This document shows, piece by piece, positions 19,468 to 29,277 of a stretch of DNA of 39,055 bases; the stretch's first letter is position 1; each line of letters starts with the position of its first letter. The notes beneath the pieces are model-generated. The model was not told the DNA's origin, did no database searches, and saw only the letters and a program-made list of their open reading frames with translations. Origin of the DNA: Piscirickettsiaceae bacterium (lineage in GTDB: Bacteria; Pseudomonadota; Gammaproteobacteria; Nitrosococcales; Methylophagaceae); assembly GCA_018646825.1 (NCBI GenBank), contig JABGUA010000053.1, positions 1 to 39,055 on the forward strand. Reading direction: 5' to 3'. Made by a program: the position numbers and the translations under genes.

Positions 19468-21396
19468 TCACATTAAGACGGATGTTTGGGGTGGCGACAA
19501 TGGCGTTTCCGCGGGATCAATCCACATCTGAAACCACAGCTCCAGCATAAGCAATGCCCACAAACGGGTATGATGCAGGCGTATGCCGCCGCAATGCTCA
19601 TCCAGCATGGTCTTGACGTATGCTGGTGCAATCAAACCTCTTTGGCTAGCCTGCGAACTAAGCAGCGTGTCGTAAGCGAACTCCTTGAGTTCACCTTTGA
19701 GCCATTCATCAATCGGCACGCCAAAGCCCATCTTAGGTCGATAGAGTATTTCGTTGGGTAGGAAAGGCTTCAAAGCTGATTTCAGGATAGATTTGGTAAC
19801 ACCGCCTTCCATTTTCTGCGCTGCCGGTATGCGGGCAGCCCACTCCATGAGCTTGTGATCCAATAAAGGGGATCTTGCTTCCAAGCCATGTGCCATGCTA
19901 GCTACATCAACCTTGACCAGAAGGTCATCCGGCAGATAAGTGTGAATGTCTGCCCAAGCCGCACCACCGACATAAGATTTTGATTGCTTAAAATAGGGTT
20001 CGAGCAGGTCAAGCGATGAGTTACCGAGAAATGGTCGCAAATAACGATCATAGCTCGCCACCTTGTCATGTTCGTAAAAATACGATACAGATGGCGCGTA
20101 GCGACGAGAATCTTTTTCACTCACATAGGATAGCCATCGACGCGCCACCCGCAAGGCGCGGTAACGATCTACACTGGGCGGGATAGACTGAACTATACGC
20201 GATGCAAGTTGACGCAATGACAGTGGGAGGCTACTGATCCACTCTGTTTGCAAGCATTGAGAATAGCGGCTGTAACCAAGGAAACTTTCATCTCCTCCAT
20301 CACCATTTAGGGCTACGGTGACATGTTGCCGAGCAATTTGTGCAACGTAATATGTGGGTATGGCTGAGGGGTCAGCAAACGGCTCATTATAATGCCACGC
20401 TAGTAGAGGCAGTATAGTGGAAGCGTTGGGGCGAACTACCATTTCATGGTGATCTGTATCATAGCGTTCGGCGACCATGCGCGCATATGCGCGTTCGTCG
20501 TAATTAGCCTCATCAAAACCAACGCAGAACGTTTTGACACGGCCACTAGAATGACGCGCCATCATGGCGACTATGGCAGATGAATCAACACCTCCTGAAA
20601 GAAATGCGCCGAGCGGTACATCAGCAATCATTCGCATACGTACGGTTTCATCTAGCAGGTTGACGAGCTCTTCTCTCAACTCCGACAAAGGCCTATGGTT
20701 TGATTGTGATGGCTCCAGCAGTGCCCAGTATTTTTGTATATCAGCCAGTCCATCACGATTGACGATCATATAAGAGGCCTGCGGGAGTTTTTTCACGCCC
20801 TTGAATGCTGACCATGGCGCCGGAATATATTGCAACGTTAGGTAGTGATGAATGGCTTCGTAATCGGGCTCGCGCTTGAATCCCGGCCAAGCGAGAATGG
20901 CTTTGATTTCCGACCCAAACAGAAGCACATCGCCGTGCCAAGCATAGAACAAGGGTTTCTTGCCGACACGGTCTCTTGCAAGGATGAGTTTTTCGGTGCG
21001 CTGATTCCACAGCGCGATGGCAAACATGCCCCGCAAACGTTGAAATACCTGCTCCCCCCAGCAGTGATACCCATTGAGGATGACTTCGGTGTCGGTGTGG
21101 CTTTTAAAGTGATAGCCAAGCTCGTTGAGTTCCGCACGTAACTCTACAAAGTTGTAAATTTCGCCGTTGAAGACTATCTGAATACTGCCATCTTCATTGG
21201 GCATTGGCTGATGCCCTGCCGCCGACAAGTCAATGATTGAGAGTCGCGCATGCCCAAGTGCTATACCCGAACCAACCCAAGTGCCTTGGTCATCGGGCCC
21301 ACGATGCTCAATGGTATTTACCATCCGGCCAATCGTCGCAACGATATCCGCTGGCGCGGATGCTTTGGTGGCGAATATGCCAGCAATTCCACACAT
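19468..21396 (-). CDS. Asparagine synthase (glutamine-hydrolysing) family amidotransferase, WbpS-like
   Basis: MCGIAGIF N-terminal nucleophile Cys2 and the SGGVDSS PP-loop, 642 aa. Confidence 0.9.
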   Translation of the reverse strand: MCGIAGIFATKASAPADIVATIGRMVNTIEHRGPDDQGTWVGSGIALGHARLSIIDLSAAGHQPMPNEDGSIQIVFNGEIYNFVELRAELNELGYHFKSHTDTEVILNGYHCWGEQVFQRLRGMFAIALWNQRTEKLILARDRVGKKPLFYAWHGDVLLFGSEIKAILAWPGFKREPDYEAIHHYLTLQYIPAPWSAFKGVKKLPQASYMIVNRDGLADIQKYWALLEPSQSNHRPLSELREELVNLLDETVRMRMIADVPLGAFLSGGVDSSAIVAMMARHSSGRVKTFCVGFDEANYDERAYARMVAERYDTDHHEMVVRPNASTILPLLAWHYNEPFADPSAIPTYYVAQIARQHVTVALNGDGGDESFLGYSRYSQCLQTEWISSLPLSLRQLASRIVQSIPPSVDRYRALRVARRWLSYVSEKDSRRYAPSVSYFYEHDKVASYDRYLRPFLGNSSLDLLEPYFKQSKSYVGGAAWADIHTYLPDDLLVKVDVASMAHGLEARSPLLDHKLMEWAARIPAAQKMEGGVTKSILKSALKPFLPNEILYRPKMGFGVPIDEWLKGELKEFAYDTLLSSQASQRGLIAPAYVKTMLDEHCGGIRLHHTRLWALLMLELWFQMWIDPAETPLSPPQTSVLM

Positions 21397-21397
21397 C

Positions 21398-21751
21398 TTA
21401 GCCAGCCTCTTTGTTCAGATTGGCGGGTTCGTATCTTAAGTGATACCAAGCCACAAATTTTTCGATACCTTCTTGCAGTGGTGTATTGGGTGAAAACTCC
21501 ACCCACTCTTGTAGTTGTGTCGTGTCTGCGTGAGTGGTATGCACATCGCCCAGTTGCATTGGAAGGAAGTTTTTAATCGCTAGGCGACCCAATGCTTTTT
21601 CCAAGGTTTCGATAAATACTAGAAGCGCTATGGGCTTGTGATTGCCAATATTGAATACGTGATGCGGCACCTCAGCATCTTCGTTGTGCTGCGACAGAAG
21701 CATTGCATTGGAAAGACCAACATAGCCGATACCGACAATGGCAATTTTCAT
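21398..21751 (-). pseudogene. In-frame fusion relic: UDP-glucose 6-dehydrogenase N-terminus (about 24 aa) joined to the NAD-epimerase C-terminus (about 90 aa)
   Basis: [24 protein letters not shown] matches Ugd at 23699 ([24 protein letters not shown]). HHVFNIGNHKPIALLVFIETLEKAL...FLPMQLGDVHTTHADTTQLQEWVEFSPNTPLQEGIEKFVAWY matches the tail of the epimerase at 24866 ([25 protein letters not shown]...[42 protein letters not shown]). Confidence 0.75.
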
Positions 21752-22080
21752 ACGAAAACCTCTGAAAAATGCTTTTGGATTGACTCATCCAAACGGAAAT
21801 TATTATTGCCTAAGCAATTTTGATAGAATAGTTGAGCCAACACTTGGTTCGCTCTCTTGAAAAAGATTAACTTGACTCGGTAGAATCGCCGAAACAACCA
21901 TTGTTTCACACAATACAATTTACCATTGCCATCACTCAGTCCGTCAAGTAAAGTAAGATTCTTGCCATTACCTGCGTAGGTTAAGACGTCGAGGTTGATT
22001 GCCGCTTCATCGGATTGCGACAGCCAGTCCAAAACAAAAGTAGCGCCGATAAATTCAACTCCACCTGTGACTAAAATCAT
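21748..22080 (-). pseudogene. rfbB: rfbB 5' relic (about 45 codons) followed by unrelated or degraded sequence
   Basis: MILVTGGVEFIGATFVLDWLSQSDEAAINLDVLTYAGNGKNLTLL parallels RfbB at 2276, but the glycine motif is broken (GGVEFIG versus GGAGFIG). Similarity stops after about 45 aa. The tail CLGNNNFRLDES weakly resembles a ManC C-terminus (YLGEDDIxRLED). Confidence 0.65.
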
Positions 22081-22134
22081 TTCATAACCTAAAATTTATA
22101 TTATTGTAGTAATGCTCACGAAAAATCCAGTTAA

Positions 22135-22143
22135 ATTATAACA
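22135..22143 (-). promoter_or_regulatory. Candidate extended -10 promoter (TGTTATAAT) for the minus-strand operon
   Basis: The reverse complement of 22135-22143 reads TGTTATAAT, about 55 nt upstream of the first minus-strand ATG (22080), in the AT-rich divergent region. There is no good -35, which an extended -10 can tolerate. Confidence 0.35.
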
Positions 22144-22575
22144 CTTTTGGGGGCAGGCTTCCTGTTGTTTGATTTAGTGAAAAATCGATGAGTTGATAAA
22201 GACAGTAGCATTAAATTTAATAGAGGTTTTTACCCAAATTGAAAATATGAGCTTTTTCTTTTTTGGTGTTTCTGCAAAGTTAAAACCTCTTTGATATAGT
22301 TGATAAAAAATTGAAAAAAAATCACATAAGTCGTTATGCAATACTAACTCCTGCGTACTCAATATACCGCATAACGGTATCCGTCTTAGCAAATGCCAGA
22401 AGTGTAGACGCCACCGTGTGGATTAGCGGCTTAAAAAACACGCTAGAAATACAAATTAAACAAGAATTGCCAAGCTGGGTTGAGGAGTATTCACCACAAT
22501 TTGTTAATTCAATTGTGGCTAGCATAATAAATAATGATGTTGTTAGTGTCGGCGGACAACTGTTACGATTCATTA

Positions 22576-22719
22576 ATTTCAGATTGCCAGTTAAGATATA
22601 TTTTTTAGCTTAATTTAGTCAATCAGTACTGCATAAAAAAAGGTTAGTTATTCATGCAAAAAATTACCAAGGCAGTGTTTCCTGTTGCGGGCTTAGGCAC
22701 GCGTTTTTTACCCGCAACA
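22576..22719 (+). repeat. Direct repeat copy B (galU upstream region plus first 22 codons, continuous with intact galU)
   Basis: See copy A at 1980-2123. Confidence 0.85.
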
Positions 22720-23523
22720 AAAGCCAGTCCTAAAGAAATGCTACCAGTGGTTGATAAGCCGTTAATTCAATATGCTGTAGAAGAGGCCATTGCCGCAGGT
22801 GCAACCGAGCTTATTTTTATTACAGGTAAACATAAGCGCTCGATAGAAGACCACTTTGATAAAGCTTATGAGCTAGAAGCCGAACTTGAGGCGCGCAATA
22901 AAATAGCCATTTTAGATGCAATACAAGGTATTTTGCCAAAAGGCGTCTCGTGTATTTATATTCGCCAAGCCGAGGCTTTGGGTCTTGGTCACGCGGTGTT
23001 ATGTGCAAAACCAGTGGTGGGAAATGAGCCTTTTAGTGTAATTTTAGCGGACGATTTAATTGATGCACAAACCCCCGCCATGCAACAAATGGTGGATATT
23101 TACAACGAAAAAGGCTGTTCTATATTAGGGGTGGAGGATGTAGCGCCTGAAGACACAGCAATCTACGGCATCGTGGATGCTACTCCTATTTCAGACGCCA
23201 TTTTAAGCATTAATAGTATTGTTGAAAAACCAAAACCTGCTGAAGCGCCATCAAATTTAGCGGTGGTGGGGCGTTATATTTTAACGCCGAAAATTTTTGA
23301 TTGTTTAGAAAAAGTGCAGCCTGGCAGCGGTGGCGAAATTCAGCTTACCGACGGCATTGCCGCTTTATTAAATCATGAACAAATTTTAAGTTATCGCTTT
23401 GCAGGCAAACGCTATGATTGCGGCAGCAAGCTTGGCTTTATGCGAGCCAATGTGGAACTCGCTTTAAAGCACCACGAAATTAGGCATGATTTTAGAGCGT
23501 ATTTAAAAACCTTAGCGATTTAA
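22654..23523 (+). CDS. galU: UTP-glucose-1-phosphate uridylyltransferase
   Basis: [40 protein letters not shown] signature, 289 aa. Confidence 0.95.
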   Translation: MQKITKAVFPVAGLGTRFLPATKASPKEMLPVVDKPLIQYAVEEAIAAGATELIFITGKHKRSIEDHFDKAYELEAELEARNKIAILDAIQGILPKGVSCIYIRQAEALGLGHAVLCAKPVVGNEPFSVILADDLIDAQTPAMQQMVDIYNEKGCSILGVEDVAPEDTAIYGIVDATPISDAILSINSIVEKPKPAEAPSNLAVVGRYILTPKIFDCLEKVQPGSGGEIQLTDGIAALLNHEQILSYRFAGKRYDCGSKLGFMRANVELALKHHEIRHDFRAYLKTLAI

Positions 23524-23555
23524 TTTTTAGTTTTTTATTAATCTATACAAGCAAA

Positions 23556-23702
23556 CCAAATTTTAAGATTAAACGAATTGTCGTTAATCCTGGTGCAAAA
23601 CTATCAATGCAAATGCATGTAGATAACCAAAACGGGTGTCAACATCTAGTGAATGAAAGTTACCAAAATAATTACATACTAAATAATAGGTGCGTGAAAT
23701 GA
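23556..23702 (+). pseudogene. Relic of a mannose-1-phosphate guanylyltransferase/PMI (ManC-type) cupin domain
   Basis: The frame reads PNFKIKRIVVNPGAKLSMQMH, against the conserved ManC/AlgA motif RFQVKRIxVxPGxxLSLQMHHHRAEHW. Similarity then collapses. The frame's TGA overlaps the ugd ATG (ATGA). Confidence 0.4.
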
Positions 23703-24865
23703 AAATAGCAATAGCAGGAACAGGCTACGTTGGGCTTTCAAACGCCGTATTACTAGCCCAAAACAATGATGTCGTCGCCATAGATGTTATTGCTGAAAAA
23801 GTAGCGATGATCAACAAAAAAGAATCTCCGATTGCAGATGTAGAAATAGAAGATTATTTACAGAATAAAACACTTAATCTTAAAGCTACCTTAGATAAGC
23901 AAGAAGCTTATGTGGGAGCCAGTTTTGTGGTGATCGCCGCACCCACCGATTATGATTCTGAAAATAACTATTTTAATACTAGCCCTGTTGAGTCTGTTAT
24001 TAACGATGTGATTGCAATTAATCCGCAAGCTGTGATGATAATTAAATCAACAGTTCCGGTAGGCTATACCGAAAAAATAAAACAAAGCCTTGGCTGCAAA
24101 AATATTATTTTTTCACCCGAATTTTTACGAGAAGGTAAAGCCTTGCACGACAACCTTTATCCCTCCCGTATTATTATTGGCGAAAAGTCTGACCGTGCAG
24201 AGCAGTTTGCAGGCTTATTAAAACAAGGTGCAATTAAGACAGATATTGACGTTATCTATACCGAGTCAACAGAAGCAGAAGCAGTGAAATTATTCTCTAA
24301 TACCTACCTCGCCATGCGAGTATCCTTCTTTAATGAGCTGGATACCTATGCAGAAGTGCACGACCTAAATAGTACGGAAATTATTAAAGGTGTGTGCTTA
24401 GATCCACGCATTGGTGACCATTACAATAATCCATCTTTTGGCTATGGTGGTTATTGCTTGCCGAAAGATACCAAGCAACTTAGAGCTAATTACCAAGACG
24501 TGCCCAATAATATTATTGGTGCAATAGTGGATGCAAATACTACCCGAAAAGATTTCATTGCAGATTCAATTATTAAGCGCAATCCTAAAATAGTAGGTTT
24601 CTACAGGCTTGTAATGAAAGTAGGATCAGATAATTTCCGGGCCTCTGCTATACAAGGCATTATGAAACGTATCAAAGCCAAAGGCATTGAAGTGGTGATA
24701 TATGAACCCGTCGTTGAAGAGGCTGAATTCTTTCACTCAAAAGTGATGAAAGATCTATATGAATTCAAACAACACTCCGACGTGATTGTGGCAAACCGCA
24801 TGACAGATGAACTCCTAGATATACAAGATAAAGTCTACACTCGCGACTTATTTGGAAAAGATTAA
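23699..24865 (+). CDS. ugd: UDP-glucose 6-dehydrogenase
   Basis: [20 protein letters not shown] and [10 protein letters not shown] (catalytic Cys) motifs. I prefer the ATG at 23699 (AGGTG SD 6 nt upstream) over the tool's GTG at 23690. Confidence 0.92.
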   Translation: MKIAIAGTGYVGLSNAVLLAQNNDVVAIDVIAEKVAMINKKESPIADVEIEDYLQNKTLNLKATLDKQEAYVGASFVVIAAPTDYDSENNYFNTSPVESVINDVIAINPQAVMIIKSTVPVGYTEKIKQSLGCKNIIFSPEFLREGKALHDNLYPSRIIIGEKSDRAEQFAGLLKQGAIKTDIDVIYTESTEAEAVKLFSNTYLAMRVSFFNELDTYAEVHDLNSTEIIKGVCLDPRIGDHYNNPSFGYGGYCLPKDTKQLRANYQDVPNNIIGAIVDANTTRKDFIADSIIKRNPKIVGFYRLVMKVGSDNFRASAIQGIMKRIKAKGIEVVIYEPVVEEAEFFHSKVMKDLYEFKQHSDVIVANRMTDELLDIQDKVYTRDLFGKD

Positions 24866-25927
24866 ATGAAAATATTAGTAACAGGAACAGCAGGATTTAT
24901 CGGTAGCCACTTAGCGAATAAACTACTAGCACGAGGCGATAAAATCGTCGGACTTGACTGTATCAACGACTACTACAATATAAACGTTAAATATGGTCGC
25001 TTAGCAAGGGCGGGCATACAAGAGCGGAAGATTGAATACAATAAAATAATACAATCTGAAAACCAGTCAAACTATACATTTATCAAACTAGATTTAGTCG
25101 ACAAAGAAAATATGATGCAACTGTTTGCAGAACAGCAATTTGATGCCGTGTGTAACTTAGCTGCACAAGCTGGCGTAAGATATTCGCTTACCAATCCAGA
25201 TGCGTACATTGAATCAAACATTATCGGCTTTACCAATATTTTAGAAGCGTGTCGACACCATAACGTAACAAACCTTAGTTACGCATCATCCTCTTCTGTT
25301 TACGGGCTTAACGAAGCACTGCCCTTTAGCACGGAGCATAATGTAGACCACCCTATTTCACTTTATGCCGCATCAAAAAAATCAAATGAACTGATGGCGC
25401 ATACCTATTCCCACTTATTTAATATTTCCACAACAGGACTCAGGTTCTTCACAGTTTATGGCCCGTGGGGCAGACCCGATATGGCCTTATTTCTATTCGT
25501 AAAAGCGGCTTTAGAAGGCAAGCCAATTGATGTGTTTAATAACGGTGATATGCTAAGAGACTTTACCTACATAGATGACATAATCGAAGGTGTTATCCGC
25601 GTAATAGATAACCCTGCACAAAAAGACCTAAACTGGAATGGAAAAGACGGTAAAATATCCAACTCGTCAGCACCTTATAAGATATACAATATTGGTAATA
25701 ATAATCCTGTGAAATTAATGGACTTTATTACTGCCATAGAAAATAAATTAGACAAATCGATACAAAAAAATATGCTGCCCATACAACCGGGTGATGTGCC
25801 AGCAACCTATGCCGACGTAACAGATTTAGTTGAAGACCTAAAATACAAACCAGCAACACCTATCCAACAAGGTATAGATAACTTTGTTGATTGGTATCTT
25901 GAGTTTTTCAACAAGGATAGAAAATGA
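24866..25927 (+). CDS. NAD-dependent nucleotide-sugar epimerase, UDP-glucuronate 4-epimerase type
   Basis: [39 protein letters not shown] (YxxxK) and [15 protein letters not shown] motifs. Sits directly after ugd. Confidence 0.85.
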   Translation: MKILVTGTAGFIGSHLANKLLARGDKIVGLDCINDYYNINVKYGRLARAGIQERKIEYNKIIQSENQSNYTFIKLDLVDKENMMQLFAEQQFDAVCNLAAQAGVRYSLTNPDAYIESNIIGFTNILEACRHHNVTNLSYASSSSVYGLNEALPFSTEHNVDHPISLYAASKKSNELMAHTYSHLFNISTTGLRFFTVYGPWGRPDMALFLFVKAALEGKPIDVFNNGDMLRDFTYIDDIIEGVIRVIDNPAQKDLNWNGKDGKISNSSAPYKIYNIGNNNPVKLMDFITAIENKLDKSIQKNMLPIQPGDVPATYADVTDLVEDLKYKPATPIQQGIDNFVDWYLEFFNKDRK

Positions 25928-27180
25928 TTAAAATAGCAGTCATAGGATTAGGTTACGTTGGCCTACCCTTAGCGCACGCCTTTGCAGAAAAATACCTCGT
26001 AATAGGCTTTGATATTGCTCAAGGTCGAATCGATGAATTAGCGAGCGGGCAAGATAGAACGCTAGAGTTAAGCGAGTTACAAGTTACAGAAGCCATTAAA
26101 AACGGTATGAAATTCACATGCAATAGTAATGACATTGCCGACTGTAACATTTATATTGTCACTGTTCCTACACCCATAGATAAGTACAAACGTCCCGATC
26201 TAACGCCTCTAATTAAAGCCAGTGAAACTATTGGAAAAGTACTCAAAAAAAACGATATAGTTATTTATGAATCCACCGTCTATCCGGGTGCAACAGAAGA
26301 AGACTGTGTACCTGTATTAGAAAAACACTCAGGGCTAACATTTAACCAAGATTTTTTCTGTGGCTATTCACCCGAGCGAATAAACCCCGGTGATAAAGTG
26401 CATACCGTTACCAAAATAAAAAAAGTCACCTCAGGGTCAACACCTGAAATAGCCCAAAAAGTAGACGAGCTATACAAAGCCGTGATAACCGCCGGCACCC
26501 ATTTGGCACCCACAATAAAAGTGGCAGAAGCAGCAAAAGTTATCGAAAATTCACAACGAGACATTAATATTGCATTCGTTAATGAACTCGCCGTTATTTT
26601 CAACAAAATGGGTATTAATACTAATGATGTGCTGGATGCTGCAGGCAGTAAATGGAATTTCTTACCATTCAGACCCGGCCTAGTGGGCGGGCACTGTATT
26701 GGCGTCGATCCCTACTACCTGACGCACAAGGCACAACAACTAGGCTATAACCCCGAAATAATCTTAGCAGGAAGACGGCTAAATGACGACATGGGGATTT
26801 ATGTAGCCAATCAAGTCATTAAATTAATGATTAAAAAAGGGCAAAGAATAGAAGGCGCCAAAGTCTTAATATTAGGCGTTACCTTTAAAGAAAACTGCCC
26901 CGATATTCGTAACTCACGAGTCATTGACGTAGTCAACGAACTTAAAGACTTTGGAACAGATATAGAAATTTACGACCCATGGGCAAACAGCAAAGACGTT
27001 GAATATGAATACGGTATAAGCCTACTCAATAAAGAAGAATTGCCCGACTTTAGCCACTATTCAGCCATCGTACTAGCCGTAGCGCATGATGAATTTAAAA
27101 CGCTAGCGTTAAAGCCTAATAAGCAACAAGTTATTTATGACATTAAATCCGTGCTTGCTGAAGCTGATGCAACGTTGTAA
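25924..27180 (+). CDS. UDP-N-acetylhexosamine 6-dehydrogenase (WbpO/TviB-type nucleotide-sugar dehydrogenase)
   Basis: [18 protein letters not shown]...[21 protein letters not shown] and [15 protein letters not shown] motifs. ATGA overlap with the epimerase. Confidence 0.85.
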   Translation: MIKIAVIGLGYVGLPLAHAFAEKYLVIGFDIAQGRIDELASGQDRTLELSELQVTEAIKNGMKFTCNSNDIADCNIYIVTVPTPIDKYKRPDLTPLIKASETIGKVLKKNDIVIYESTVYPGATEEDCVPVLEKHSGLTFNQDFFCGYSPERINPGDKVHTVTKIKKVTSGSTPEIAQKVDELYKAVITAGTHLAPTIKVAEAAKVIENSQRDINIAFVNELAVIFNKMGINTNDVLDAAGSKWNFLPFRPGLVGGHCIGVDPYYLTHKAQQLGYNPEIILAGRRLNDDMGIYVANQVIKLMIKKGQRIEGAKVLILGVTFKENCPDIRNSRVIDVVNELKDFGTDIEIYDPWANSKDVEYEYGISLLNKEELPDFSHYSAIVLAVAHDEFKTLALKPNKQQVIYDIKSVLAEADATL

Positions 27181-27183
27181 CGC

Positions 27184-28533
27184 GTGATAAAAAAACAACT
27201 AAACCGCTGGAATAAGTGGCAAGAAATCTCAACGAATAGGCGGGTATTTTCTGGCATGTTAGTCGTTGCCATCATCGCCTTATTAGCTAAGTTAGTTGGC
27301 GCAGGTAAGGAGTTGGTGGTTGCCGACGCTTTCGGTACAGGGAGTATGCTAGATGCCTTTTTGTTTGCTTTTTTATTACCGGCATTCGCCATTAATGTAC
27401 TCGCAGGCTCGTTTAATGCTGCAGTAATGCCGACGTATATACGAATCCGAGATAATGACGGCAAGGCCGCGGCAGATAAGCTTTTTGCATCACTTGTCGC
27501 GGTTTGCATCGTGCTGTTAGTTGTTGCCGCCGGTGTAATGGCAATAGTCGGGACGAGTGCATTAACACTATTAGGAAAAGGCTTTAATGAGCAAACATTG
27601 GCGCTTAGTCACACGTTTTTCTATTGGTTGTTGCCCGTTGTTGTTATCTCAGGCATTGGTCATCTTTTTTCTACGGTTATCAATGCTGGAGAACGTTTTG
27701 TTGCCGTTGCATTAATCCCAAGCATTACGCCAACAGTCACCGTTATCATTTTGTTAGTATTTGGTAATGAGTGGGGTATTTATTCTCTAGCCATTGGCTT
27801 AGTGTTGGGGGCAACGATAGAGTTATTAATGCTGATGATGTCGGCAGCGCGAGAAAATGTTTCAATAGTACCGCGTTGGAATGGCATGACAACAGAGATA
27901 CAAACCGTAATAAGTCAATACACCCCTATGCTTGCAGGCGCCTTTTTAATGAGCAGTACGGTCTTGGTCGATCAATCTATGGCGGCCATGTTAGATTCAG
28001 GTAGCGTAGCCACACTTAACTATGCCAACAAAGTAACGGCTATGATTCTAGGCGTCGGTGCAATGGCATTAGGAACAGCAACATTACCCCATTTTTCCCG
28101 CTTAGTGGCAAGTGAAGATTGGAGTGGATTACGACATACTTTTCTAACCTATTCTAGGTTGATCATCTTTATTACCCTGCCAATCACGGTTTTATTATTT
28201 GTTTTTTCAGAGCCAATCATCAAATTATTATTTGAACGAGGCGCTTTCACTGCACAAGACACTGTTTTGGTTGCAAAAACGCAGGCGTTTTATGTATTAC
28301 AACTACCTTTCTATATGTTGGGGATATTAGGGGTTAGATTAATTAGTGCAATGGTGAGAAATAAAGTATTACTGATGATTGCGATAATCAGCCTACCTTT
28401 GAATATTGTCTTTAACTATATATTTATACAGTTGATTGGAGTTTCTGGCATTGCGGTGGCAACTACATGTGTTTATGTTATGTCAGTATTAATGATGTAT
28501 GCATTTCTTTTTTTAAAATTCAAAAACAGGTAA
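27184..28533 (+). CDS. MurJ/MviN-like (MOP superfamily) polysaccharide or oligosaccharide flippase
   Basis: AFGTGSMLDAFLFAFLLPAFAINVLAGSFNAAVMPTY resembles the MurJ N-terminal motif. 12 or more hydrophobic helices. GTG start. Confidence 0.8.
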   Translation: MIKKQLNRWNKWQEISTNRRVFSGMLVVAIIALLAKLVGAGKELVVADAFGTGSMLDAFLFAFLLPAFAINVLAGSFNAAVMPTYIRIRDNDGKAAADKLFASLVAVCIVLLVVAAGVMAIVGTSALTLLGKGFNEQTLALSHTFFYWLLPVVVISGIGHLFSTVINAGERFVAVALIPSITPTVTVIILLVFGNEWGIYSLAIGLVLGATIELLMLMMSAARENVSIVPRWNGMTTEIQTVISQYTPMLAGAFLMSSTVLVDQSMAAMLDSGSVATLNYANKVTAMILGVGAMALGTATLPHFSRLVASEDWSGLRHTFLTYSRLIIFITLPITVLLFVFSEPIIKLLFERGAFTAQDTVLVAKTQAFYVLQLPFYMLGILGVRLISAMVRNKVLLMIAIISLPLNIVFNYIFIQLIGVSGIAVATTCVYVMSVLMMYAFLFLKFKNR

Positions 28534-28535
28534 TT

Positions 28536-29267
28536 ATGAAGTTATTAACGGCATTAAAATATATGTATAAATCTTTTGTTCAAAATGATGAGTATTCTCG
28601 GTTTGTTCTATCTGAAAAATTGGTAAAAATTATTTACCCAGGATATAAATTTAGTGAATATGGACGTTCTTTTTTGAAGGATAAAAAATTCGCTGAATTT
28701 TACGAGAAGTATGAGGGGGAAAATGTACATTCCTATGACAGAAAATATTTGCTGTCACAGCTTGTTAAACTAACAGACCATTTAGATGGAGATGTTGCAG
28801 AATGTGGGGTTTTTGAAGGAGCAAGTTCATATCTAATGTTTGAAAGAATTGAACATAAACAAAAAAAAATGCATTTATTTGATTCATTTGAAGGATTGTC
28901 TGCTCCAAATGATACAGATGGAGGTTACTGGGCAGAAGGTGATTTAAGTGCGAGCGAGCGAACTGTAAGAGAAAACCTACCTGACTCAGGAAAAATTTTA
29001 TACTACAAAGGATGGATTCCAGAAAAGTTTTATCTGGTTGATAATGTAAAATTTAGTTTTGTGCATTTGGATGTCGATCTTTATCAGCCTACATATGATT
29101 CTCTAGCATTCTTTTATGCGAGGATGGAAGCGGGAGGTATCATTGTCTGTGATGATTATGGTTTCGATTCATGTCCAGGCGCTAAAAAAGCCCTAGATGA
29201 ATTTTTTCTGGATAAGGAAGAGATAATAAAAGTACCAACTGGTCAAGCATTCGTTATTAAGAGATAG
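28536..29267 (+). CDS. TylF/MycF/NovP-family O-methyltransferase
   Basis: CGVFEGASSYLM and HLDVDLYQPTYDSLAFFYARMEAGGIIVCDDYG motifs. I prefer the ATG at 28536 (2 nt after the flippase stop) over the tool's upstream start, which lies inside the flippase gene. Confidence 0.8.
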   Translation: MKLLTALKYMYKSFVQNDEYSRFVLSEKLVKIIYPGYKFSEYGRSFLKDKKFAEFYEKYEGENVHSYDRKYLLSQLVKLTDHLDGDVAECGVFEGASSYLMFERIEHKQKKMHLFDSFEGLSAPNDTDGGYWAEGDLSASERTVRENLPDSGKILYYKGWIPEKFYLVDNVKFSFVHLDVDLYQPTYDSLAFFYARMEAGGIIVCDDYGFDSCPGAKKALDEFFLDKEEIIKVPTGQAFVIKR

Positions 29268-29277
29268 AAGAACAGAT

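Noticed and set aside
21398-21751. Possibility that the 117-aa ugd/epimerase chimera is a functional small protein.
   Set aside because: It keeps only half of a Rossmann GxGxxG segment and a C-terminal epimerase fragment without the catalytic YxxxK. The best explanation is a deletion relic.
22311-22613. 100-aa ORF (and the antisense 79-aa ORF at 22334-22573) in the divergent intergenic region upstream of galU.
   Set aside because: It has a TTG start, no Shine-Dalgarno and no recognisable motif. It is AT-rich with low-complexity sequence, and it runs into the conserved galU upstream repeat. This is more likely promoter/regulatory DNA.
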